Part shown: positions 10,664 through 19,767 of the stretch, piece by piece
Layout: each line of letters starts with the position of its first letter
Position numbering within the stretch: the first letter of the stretch is position 1
NCBI GenBank assembly: GCA_002269645.1
Contig: NIVC01000020.1
Coordinates: 1-64,000 of the forward strand
DNA: 64,000 nucleotides
Source: Macrostomum lignano
Taxonomy: Eukaryota
Reading direction: 5' to 3'
The notes under the pieces: model-generated
Told to the model about the DNA's origin: nothing
The model's database searches: none
What the model saw: only the letters and a program-made list of their open reading frames with translations
Position numbers and translations under genes: made by a program

Positions 10664-11001
10664 CAAATTTAGCATTAATAATTTATGCCGCTTAGAATCA
10701 GCTGTTCCAGAATCAGTGCTGATCAGTGCGAAGAAATCATTTACCAATTTCACATGGATCTAGGTGGAAGCGACTTTTAGTTCACGCTAGCCAGCGGCTG
10801 TAAAATGTTTTATCTAATGCTGCCTACTGAGCGAAACATCCGCGCATATGAGCACTGGCAAGCTGCCGACTCGGATACTTTCCTGGACGAAACAGCAACA
10901 GGCCCAGTCTACCGTGTTGTGCTGCAGCCAAGAGACACATTGCTGGTGCCAGCAGGGTGGATCCATGCAGTCTTCACCCCCGAGGACTCAGTGGCATTTG
11001 G
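10664..11001 (+). pseudogene. JmjC histone demethylase fragment (KDM2/KDM7-like), copy 1, 5' part
   Basis: SFTNFHMDLGGSDF*..LPTERNIRAYEHW..LLVPAGWIHAVFTPEDSVAF. Near-identical to 18416-18755. Confidence 0.85.
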
Positions 11002-11374
11002 TAGAGTATCATCAATCAGCCTTACCGCACGCTACTTACTATTTAAATTTTTTAGAAAATTTACTAAATTTCTTACTAATTTTTCTACCAAGTAGCCAGC
11101 AGTTCCTGTGCATAATAAACACGCTTGAAAAAGAGATTAGAAGGCAAAAACTGCGACACGAATTTCACGGTCTTCTATTATGAAAATTAATTCATACTAG
11201 ATAAATTGATAATTACATGTAAAAGAGCAGCGCGTATTTTTAATACATGTATAAAAATGTAGAATTACACAGGCAGTAAACAGCTAAAAATATGATGCGT
11301 AATAAGTTAGATTGATAAAATAATTAAAGCGAAATAATAATAATAAGTAAGTGATTCAAACAAGCAAACCCTAG

Positions 11375-11590
11375 ACCTAGTAGTCCCTGGCGTTCTTGAT
11401 TGCCTCTTGAAATTGACAAGTCCAACGGAGAAGCATCACTGGCGCCAGGCGGATCGCTTGCTTCCTCGAGATCGGCCCAAATTTGCTCCCGTTGACATCT
11501 TCTCCCTGTAAGCTGTCGGGCTAGGGTAGATCGGGCTTTGGCTTGTAGGACCACGGTATAGTACAAAATTTCGAATCTTGTTTTCGGGTG
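11375..11590 (-). repeat. IR2 segment, copy 1; open frame containing PLDLS
   Basis: About 210 bp, highly similar in inverted orientation to 15790-16000. Confidence 0.85.
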
Positions 11591-11641
11591 TGAGATTGAT
11601 AATTAATTATTGCCTTTTGGCTGACTTCTAAGCGAGACATT

Positions 11642-11830
11642 TCCTATTGGTTGGCAAGATTGGTTGGCAAGTTCCTATTAATTGGCAAGATTGGTTGGCA
11701 AGTTCCTATTGGTTGGCAAGATTGGTTGGCAAGTTCCGATTGGTTGGCAAGATTGGTTGGCAAGTTCCTATTGGTTGGCAAGATTGGTTGGCAAGTTCCT
11801 ATTGGTTGGCAAGTTCCTATTGGTTGGCAA
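11642..11830. repeat. ATTGG (CCAAT)-rich tandem array upstream of the zinc-finger gene
   Basis: Alternating ttcctattggttggcaag / attggttggcaag units, followed by a short (TTAGGG)-like run at ~11841-11862. Confidence 0.9.
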
Positions 11831-11912
11831 CCCCTAAAAATTTAGGGTCAGGGTTAGGGTTAGTAAAGGCACTCGCAGTAAAATCGAAGTTAAGTAATTT
11901 CGTTGCACGAAA

Positions 11913-13607
11913 ATGGCAGAGAAAAAGAAAACGATAGATAAAGAGTGCGCCCTTTGCTGCAAGCAAATGAGGCTAGATAACCTACAGCGGCACGTTAAGA
12001 CGAACCATTCTAAGTTCACCCATCGGTTTGCCGACCTTCGCTCGTTCAGCACGATGGAGCACAAGGTTCGGGTAGAGAGCGGCGTTATGTGCATGATCTG
12101 CACCACGCCGCTCTGAGTTCCAGCATTCGAGACCACTACCGGCGCGGGCATCCAGGTGAGACGGTGTTATTATTTTTGTCCTCTTACAGTATTGCATATA
12201 TGTATAGCTATTATATTTATTATAAATAAACGATCAGGGCTAAATTGGGGCCCTCGGTTCAGCCCAGATATAAGGGCTCTGCCGATGTAATTAATTTAAA
12301 GTGAGATATTTGTTTTGAGTAAGAAATAAGAGATTTCGGTTATTTTTGTGTATAAAAAGAAGATATGTACTAGGAAATAGAGGGGGGACTGATAGAGAAG
12401 GGTTCAATGACAAAGATTTGGACCTACTAAGTACAGGGGAATAGTGCATTAGTGGAAGAGTTGCAAGAAGAATAAAAAAGCATATTGGCATTTTTTAATT
12501 TGAAAGAGTAAATAGTATTTGTAAGTTTTAAAAAGGGCTACTATTTAAAACAGGCATATATCCGTTTATGCTCTGACGGTCTCCCTCGGAGTGTCTGCTG
12601 GTGAACGGCTAGCTTTAAGCTGGAGTGGGCCAAAACCAGGACTGAGTCTGACCAAGACGAGGCGGTTGGCACGGCCCCTAATTTAAAAGGCGGGTTGGCG
12701 GAGCAAAGGGTGAAATAGTCCCGGCGAACAGCCCTCCTGCCGCTTCAAAGATAGACTGTCTTGGCAAAGAGTACCCAGGGTTCAGTAGGTGGGGAGGCTC
12801 CTCCGGGTTGCCACTGCCGTGGGGAGGTCTTCGGACTATATTATGGAGGTACACTATCCCAGGAGAAGACACGGGCTGCCTCCGAGGTTCAATCGACCCC
12901 TGATAGCCTTGGGGAGGTTTAGTTTTGTGGTTTGGAGTAGGTGCGACGCCCCGACAGCTGGGGGTAGGGCCCGCCCTCAGCCCGACTGGTGTCGCCTGCT
13001 CGGCTTGATGGTCACTGCAGTCTCTTTTAGCCTAGCTTAGGAACTTAGTGTACATTATTAGTACACTCCCAACCTGAAATCTAATTATTTCCTAGTGGCG
13101 TAAGAGCCTATCCAATGGCTGAAGCGTCTTATTACTTATCTTAGTTAGTTAGTTGGTTAGCGAAGAGGAAAAAATATTTCTTGAGTTAAAAATGAGGCAA
13201 AAAGCCAATTAAAAGTTATTATATTTACATGTTTAAGTATAATTTATTGTATAAGTAATATGTCTATATATTTACTTTTTTACGATGAATGTTAGTCCCT
13301 ATTTACTTACTTACTTTTTAAATGTGATTGCGCTGCTTTCGCCGTATGGACGTACTCTTACTGCACTCTTATCATATCAATAAACAATATAAAATATATT
13401 CAGTATTCGCCACATTACTTTCGTCACACAGGAGTGAAGTTATGGAATGGTATTGTTTTACAAGGCAAGCCTCACAAAAGGCTGGCAAGGCAATTTGCTG
13501 TTGCATATGTGCCTATAGCGAGAAAGGCGCTCCAGACGGATGCTGAGATGCCGACTCATCCGTCGACCTGGCATCGATTCGCAGACGAAATCGAAAAGCT
13601 AAAAAAG
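11913..13607 (+). pseudogene. Double zinc-finger (CxxC..H..H) gene, intron-containing copy; exons 11913-12155 and 13432-13607, 1-nt frameshift near 12112
   Basis: CALCCKQMRLDNLQRHVKTNH..MCMIC..IRDHYRRGHP|GVKLWNG..GKPHKRLARQFAVAY..PTHPSTWH aligns with ORF 17346-17876. Canonical cag|gtgag donor, cacag acceptor and aag|gtaagc donor. Confidence 0.75.
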
Positions 13608-13910
13608 GTAAGCTCTTTGTATAATTAATTACAATTGTAGTATTTAAAATTTAATATATACAAATAATTGGACACTTTGAGATTTACAAAGGCAAATAAA
13701 ATTCTGTTTGAAATTTCAGCTGAGGATTGTTAGTTGGAGCTAAATTGGCTGCTGGGAATAAAATGTCTACTGGGAATAGGGATGTCAGCTAGGGATGATA
13801 TTTTACCAGTCTGGCTAAATATATAGATGTAACATATGGATCTGGGAGATCTGCGGTCATATTATGGATCATCGTTATGAGCGGGGGTCATTGTCAACTG
13901 TGGGAATCTA

Positions 13911-13950
13911 GGGTTAGGGTTAGGGTTAGGGTTTGGGTTTGGGTTAGGGT
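13911..13950 (+). repeat. Short interstitial telomere-like (TTAGGG/TTTGGG)n
   Basis: gggttagggttagggttagggtttgggtttgggttagggt. Confidence 0.85.
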
Positions 13951-14938
13951 CTATATTTGACTCTGTGTATGTATGCATAAATATCGATCTTCATGTGCGC
14001 GTGCACGAGATAACAACAGCGTTTGACCAAGGTGTTGTTTATGCTTGTCGAAAGCAATTTAAGCAATTAGTATTGCCAAAGTTGAGCAGACAATGTGATA
14101 CGAAACTAGCAGAGTGAATGCGTCATAGCCAAATAGTAACAAATCTGGACGAATTTCAAAGGTTAACAACACAAGCAATTATTGGAAAATCTATGAATAG
14201 AAAGTCCCTCAACTGTAACCTTCAACCATGGTAACAATAGATTGGAACTAAATGACTTTCAGAAATAAGCCTTGAATGTTTTCACACGCAGGCCGTCAGC
14301 TTTTCTAGCTGGCACTCAATCATAGATTACAGAACCGAGAAGGTCTATTTACTAGTCAGTCTCCCTTTTAACCCCCGCTGAGTGGTGGATTGACCATTTG
14401 ACCGTGATTGCTTAATTCCCTCCCGCTTAGCGTATCGAATTTTGCGCTTGTTGGCCCGTAGGATACCGATTTTCGCTCATTTACGCAAGCGTTTCCATTA
14501 TGTTCAGTTTTATGTTGTAGCTCTGCGCTCAATTAGCAACGTGTAAATATTTAGGAATCGAGCGCAAAATTAGGCCCGTATGTGTTAATCCCCTAAAAGC
14601 CAATATTAGTTTGGGCACCAGAAAATTTCCATGGGCTGCTCTGCAGGAGGCCTTGTCCCGCTGTTTCAAATTTTATGGGAACATTTTTAACAGTCCCAGG
14701 GAAGTCTGGGACTGTTAAATTTCGCACGTTTCAGATTGAGTTTCATTGTTTGTTGTCACCTCGTCATAAATGGTGCAGCATCATTTGTTGAGAAGGTATC
14801 GAGTAGGTTAGAATTAGAATAGGTAAGCGTTAGCAATAATGGAGCCGTTGGTGTAGCTCAAGCATTAGCAGCAAGTGCATGGGGGGCGCCAAGCGCTGCG
14901 AAATTAGTTTGAGCAATGTTTAGGGTCAGGCAACAACA

Positions 14939-15345
14939 TTTAACAGTAAATAAGCCATGTGCTTGCTTTAATTGTCTCTCGGTCATTTGGGCCGTAATCA
15001 AACAGCAGTTCCTCGCCCTTATCGACCGCACGATTCGTAATGAAGTAAAGTGCGAAGCGGCACGATTTGTCGGCCACAGGCACTGAAATGATTCTGGCAA
15101 CACAGTTCGGACTTCTCCTTGAGTGATTCAGAAAGCGGCCGAGTCGCTCGGTGTACTGCGCGTCAATCGCGTAGTTTTTTTAGTGAAGCACAACCTCACA
15201 AATGTACCAGGTGTCGAGGCCATGTTGTTCGTAGTGCTCGACACGCTGGTCAATGAACTTTCGCGACTCTATAAGCTCGCCAGCATATTCGCAGACGAAC
15301 TCATGCCGTCGTAGATATCGGGAGGCGAACGCGTTCTTCACGCGA
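14939..15345 (-). pseudogene. SET-domain methyltransferase (SETD8/PR-Set7-like), copy 1, frameshift near 15180
   Basis: FVCEYAGELI..YAIDAQYTERLGRFLNHSRRSPNC..GEELLFDYG..IKASTWL*. This matches the SET RxxNHS and ELxFDY motifs and the SETD8-type W-L C-terminus. Confidence 0.85.
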
Positions 15346-15670
15346 ACAGCGCAGTTTTGCCGCGGGTGTGAAACTCGGACGAATAAACAAAATGAATGTG
15401 AAACGAACACAGACAGGGAGAAGTTCAGAACACCCCGTGTACAGTGGAGTTGCTGCAACTCGCAACCCTGCAATGAATTTGTACAGCTGAAGCAAAGTGG
15501 AAGTTCAGTTTTTGTGAGCGCATTCAGGCCAAGCCGCTGCTAAACTGTGCTCAAATACTTTCTCACTCCAAATAGGCCGCCTATTTGCTGCGCAGACAAT
15601 TTTCTGGGCGAAAATTATTTTCTCAACCATACACTCGAGATACTACTTAGGATATTTAGTTTATTCGAGC
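15345..15670 (+). repeat. Dispersed ~320-bp repeat, second copy at ~33445-33780 and diverged copy at ~31630-31830
   Basis: Shared gtgtgaaactcgg..cagggagaagttcagaac..gaatttgtacagctgaagcaaagtggaagttcag..cactcgagatactacttaggatatt. Confidence 0.85.
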
Positions 15671-15789
15671 CTTCGTGTGCCTTTACCAGCTATTCTCCTT
15701 TTAACAATTTTTCTGCTCATCAGCAATGGAACGTCGAACGTCGAACGTCGAACGTCGAACGAAAGTCCAACGTCGAGTTAGGAGGATCA

Positions 15790-16000
15790 TCGAAAACAAG
15801 ATTCGAAATTTTGTACTCTACCGTGGTCCTAAAAGCCAAAGCCCGATCTACCTTAGCCCGACAGCTTACAGGGAGAAGATGTCAACGGGAGCAAATTTGG
15901 GCCGATCTCGAGGAAGCAAGCAATCCGCCTGGCGCCAGTGATGCTTCTCCGTTGGACTTGTCGATTTCAAGAGGCAATCAAGAACGCCAGGGACTAGGTC
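15790..16000 (+). repeat. IR2 segment, copy 2; open frame containing PLDLS
   Basis: Inverted copy of 11375-11590. Confidence 0.85.
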
Positions 16001-16049
16001 TGCAACGTCTGCAACGCCCCCAATTTCACTTATTAAAATTAACTTCACG

Positions 16050-16492
16050 TCGCGCCCCCCCCCCCAGAACTGCGGTTTGCCGCCCCTTTGGAAATGCTGC
16101 CGCTTTCCTGGCGCCCCCCCCATAAAGAAACTGGCGCCCTAACCCTATAAACTGCCCCCCTATAAAAAAACTGGCGCCCCCCTCCTATAAAGAAATTGGC
16201 GCCCCCCCCTATAAAGAAACTGGCAGCCCCCCCCCCCTATAAAGAAACTGGCAGCCCCCCCCTATAAAGAAACTGGCAGCCCCCCCCCCCTATAAAGAAA
16301 CTGGCAGCCCCCCCCCCTATAAAGAAACTGGTGCCTCCCTATAAAAAAAACTGGCAGCCCTCCCCCCTATAAAGAAACTGGCGCCCCTAAAAGAAACTGG
16401 CGCCCCTAATAGAAACTGGCGCCCCCCACCTACAAGAAACTGGCGCTCCCTAACTCACGCCCCCCCAAACATAATTCCTGGCTACGCCCCTG
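16050..16492 (-). mobile_element. hAT-like non-autonomous element remnant with internal ccccctataaagaaactggc repeats
   Basis: Terminus cctggctacgcccctg (= CAGGGGCGTAGCCAGG) typical of hAT MITE ends. The other end was not found. Confidence 0.5.
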
Positions 16493-16744
16493 TGTATATA
16501 TAACGCATAATGTATAATGTATGATGTAAATAATGCATAATGTATATACTATATAATGTAAAATATTTACTTATTTGTTTGCTTACTTGTATGCTTATTG
16601 TTTGCGCTTGTTTGAATCGTTTGCTTATTATTATTATTTCATTAATAATTTTCGATGTAATTATTTTATCAGTCTAAATTTTATCGCAATGCACGCTGCT
16701 CTTTTAATTATCAATTAGTATAGTATGAATAAATTGTCGAAATT

Positions 16745-16850
16745 AAGGAGTTGAAGGAAAAAACTGTGCCAACAAGGCGTGCGTTGAAGCGAAAGTGGCC
16801 GATTTGATTGATTTCGAATAATTAGCAGATAACCTATCAAAATTACAAAA
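16745..16850 (+). pseudogene. JmjC gene 3' tail fragment
   Basis: Matches 19026-19128 (ggagttgaaggaaaaaac..tgcgttgaagc..aaattacaa). Confidence 0.8.
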
Positions 16851-16964
16851 AACTTTTACTGTACTGTATTATAAATCGGGGGGGGGGGTGGGCCCTGTGG
16901 GTCGGCCACGGGGGCGGCCCAAGATAGGAAGTAAATAAGGACAAAAGAGGGACAGCATTAAAAC

Positions 16965-17255
16965 ATTGATTGACTGATTGACTGATTGACTGATTTATTT
17001 ATTGATTGACTGACTGATTGACAGATTGAATGATTGACTGATTGACTGATTGACTGATTTATTTATTGATTGACTGACTGATTGACAGATTTATTTATTG
17101 ATTGACTGACTGATTGACTGATTTATTTATTGATTGACTGACTGATTGACAGATTGACTGGTTGACTGATTGACTGGTTGACTGATTATCACTCAATTAA
17201 TCAGTCTTTGATTGAGATTGAAATGTATTTAAATCGATCAATATTTTAATATCTT
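16965..17255 (-). repeat. Right copy of inverted repeat IR1 (ATTGACTG tandem plus unique part)
   Basis: Reverse-complement match to 10347-10478. Confidence 0.8.
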
Positions 17256-17345
17256 TACTATTGGTATATTTCTTTCACATTCCTGCCCGGCAAATCGGAT
17301 AGGAATAGTTCGTGCGAAACCTTTTACCCTCAGCGAATAGCGATC

Positions 17346-17876
17346 ATGCCATCAATCCATGTAAACTGCGTCATCTGCGATGCGGAAATGCGAAAAGACA
17401 ACTTGGCACGCCATGCTAGAAGTCGACACCCAGATCATCGCGTCGAAGATGACGCAGCGACCTTATGGTTTGCGACCTTCGAGCGATCAGTTACCTCTGG
17501 TCACGGCATGTGCTGTGTGTGTAGAGAGGCGTGCGTCCTGCTCCGCTCGCACTACAGAAGCCACCACCCGGAGCTCAATGAGCATAAGGGAAAGCCCATA
17601 AAGGGCAAAGAGCATCAAGTGCAGGCACGTGAGTACGCACGAGCCTATATAACTGTGGCCCGCACAGAGATTATTAATGGCCGACCACTGCCACCGCATC
17701 CTGCAACGTGGCACCAAGCCGAGCAGCAGCAGCAGCAGCAGGCGCTACAACCGGCCGAGCGCGAGCAGCAGCAGCAGCAGGCGCTACAACCGGCCGAGCT
17801 CGAGCAGCAGCAGCAGCAGGCGCTACGACCAGCCGAGCTGGAGCAGGAGCAGCCGCAGGAGACGCAGGAGACGTAG
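17346..17876 (+). CDS. Double zinc-finger protein with polyQ tail, intronless copy
   Basis: CVICDAEMRKDNLARHARSRH and CCVCREAC..RSHYRSHH. ATG-to-stop intact, 176 aa. Confidence 0.7.
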   Translation: MPSIHVNCVICDAEMRKDNLARHARSRHPDHRVEDDAATLWFATFERSVTSGHGMCCVCREACVLLRSHYRSHHPELNEHKGKPIKGKEHQVQAREYARAYITVARTEIINGRPLPPHPATWHQAEQQQQQQALQPAEREQQQQQALQPAELEQQQQQALRPAELEQEQPQETQET

Positions 17877-17919
17877 GATCAGTCTAAATCAGATTACATA
17901 AATTGGGTGAGAGGGTTCC

Positions 17920-18415
17920 TACGAGGGGCATTCAAAAAGTTTTGACAACTGACCTAATATCTTTAAAAGTACATATCACAAAGCGTTGAATTTTTTTTTA
18001 CGAAATCGCCGATATATTGGTTTTAACCATAGAGTATGACTTTTTTCCCTCGAATGTGTTATACTTGTGCGTGGCCAACGCAAGGTGGTGTTTTACAATC
18101 TGCCAAAAATGGAGCCAGTGCACCAGACCAGTGGCGATTTTTCGTTTTCATGCGCTCACGACTCGGAGAAAGCGCGGTCAAAATCCATGCAGACCTGGTC
18201 CAGGTAGTCGGGGACCAAGCCCCTTCCTATCGCACGGTCGCCAGGTGGATAGAGTCCATCAACGCCGGACGGGCCTCCTTGAACGACGACCCCCGGTTTG
18301 GACGACCCAGCACAGCTGTGACCGAAGCCAACATCGCTGCTGTCAGGGCTCTGGTGGACGAGGATCCAAACATTACCGTCGCTGTGATTAGCGAGACTGT
18401 CGGTATTTCCGAATG
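17920..18415 (+). mobile_element. Mariner transposon 5' remnant (TIR plus HTH of transposase)
   Basis: TA + CGAGGGGCATTCAAAAAGTT terminus. Peptide IHADLVQVVGDQAPSYRTVARW..LNDDPRFGRPSTAVT..VRALVDEDPNIT. Confidence 0.9.
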
Positions 18416-19078
18416 CCAAATTTAGCATTAATAATTTATGCCGCTTAGACACAGCTCTTCCCGAATCAGTGCTGATCAGTGCGAAGAAATCATTTACCAA
18501 TTTTCACATAGATCTAGGTGGAAGCGACTTTTAGTTCACGCTAGCCAGCGGCTGTAAAATTTCTTATCTAATGCTGCCTACTGAGCGAAACATCCGCGCA
18601 TATGAGCACTGGCAAGCTGCCGACTCTGATGCTTTCCTGGACGAAACAGCAACAGGCCCAGTCTACCGTGTTGTGCTGCAGCCAAGAAACACATTTGCTG
18701 GTGCTGGCAGGGTGGATCCATGCAGTCTACACCCCCGAGGACTCAGTGGCATTTGGCGGCAACTTCCTTAGCGTCTATGGCACGAATACGCACATTGCCG
18801 TGACTCAATCCGAGGAGAGGACCAAAGTCGCAGAGCAGTTTCGATTTCCGAATTTAAAATTTATCCTATGGCACTTTTCTGATTGGCTTCGTAATACTGA
18901 AAATTTAGAAAAAATGAAACTTTCTTTTTTCGATTTCGAATCATTAGCAGGAAACCTATCGAAATGGAGGAGACAATGCCCGGACGAGCTCGCTGAACGA
19001 TTGCAAAACATATTGCAAGGACTTTCGGAGTTGAAGGAAAAAACAATGCCAACAAGGCGTGCGTTGAAGCAAAAGTGA
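18416..19078 (+). pseudogene. JmjC histone demethylase (KDM2/KDM7-like), copy 2; one TAG and one frameshift
   Basis: FTNFHIDLGGS (HxD), GWIHAVYTPEDSVAFGGNFL (distal His), EERTKVAEQFRFP..LW. Confidence 0.88.
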
Positions 19079-19183
19079 CCGATTTGATTGATTTCGAACA
19101 ATTAACAGATAACCTATCGAAATTACAATTACTGTTTTACAGTCAATAGTTCTTTAATTGTTATAGTTGTTATAAGTTTTAAC

Positions 19184-19344
19184 CAGGGGCGGCGGAGCCT
19201 AACATTTTTGGGGGGGGCACTGGGCACAGGGCAAGGGTGGCACAGGTACCTTTGTAACTGCTAATTAGGGCCTAAAATCAGAAAAAGCACTAAAAAGTGG
19301 ACTCATTTTCTGGGGGGGGGGAGCACAAGCTCCCGCCGCCCATG
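19184..19344. mobile_element. hAT-like MITE (161 bp)
   Basis: TIRs caggggcggcgg / ccgccgcccatg (1 mismatch). Flanks gttttaac / gctataac match 6/8, a possible decayed 8-bp TSD. Confidence 0.6.
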
Positions 19345-19649
19345 GCTATAACTATAGATATAAGCTACAACTATAACTATAGATTTAGGCTACAACTATA
19401 AGCTATAATTGATAGATTATAGTTGCTATAATTGTTATACTTGGATATAGTTGTTATAGTTGTTGTTATAGTTGTTATAATTTTTATTGTTTTACAGTTA
19501 ATAGTTCTTTATAGTTATACAATTATTGTTAGTTTGTTACAGGAACAAAAAGGAACACTAAGTTTCGTTAACTTAATAAGGTGATCAATGTCATGATTCA
19601 TCACCAGGATTTGGCCGGATAATGATTTTATCTGTAGCTAACCTATTCC

Positions 19650-19767
19650 GAATTAGGAACCCTCTCACCCAATTGATGTAGTCTGATGTAGACTGATCCT
19701 GCGTCTCCTACGTCTCCTGCGGCTGCTCGCGCTCGGCCGGTTGTAGCGCCTGCTGCTGCTGCTGCTG
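19650..19767 (-). pseudogene. Inverted 3' fragment of the zinc-finger/polyQ gene
   Basis: Reverse complement matches ~17760-17921 (QQQALQPAERE..QPQET and 3' flank). Confidence 0.85.

Noticed and set aside
13911-13950. True telomere or chromosome end
   Set aside because: Only ~40 bp, degenerate, and embedded in continuous sequence.
14280-14760. Possible DNA-transposon terminal sequence
   Set aside because: Only short internal similarities; no TIR pair or TSD could be established.
8040-19100. JmjC/SET/zinc-finger cassette as cargo of the adjacent Polinton
   Set aside because: Different base composition, spliceosomal introns, no TAAAAATG starts and no enclosing TIR. Adjacency alone is insufficient.
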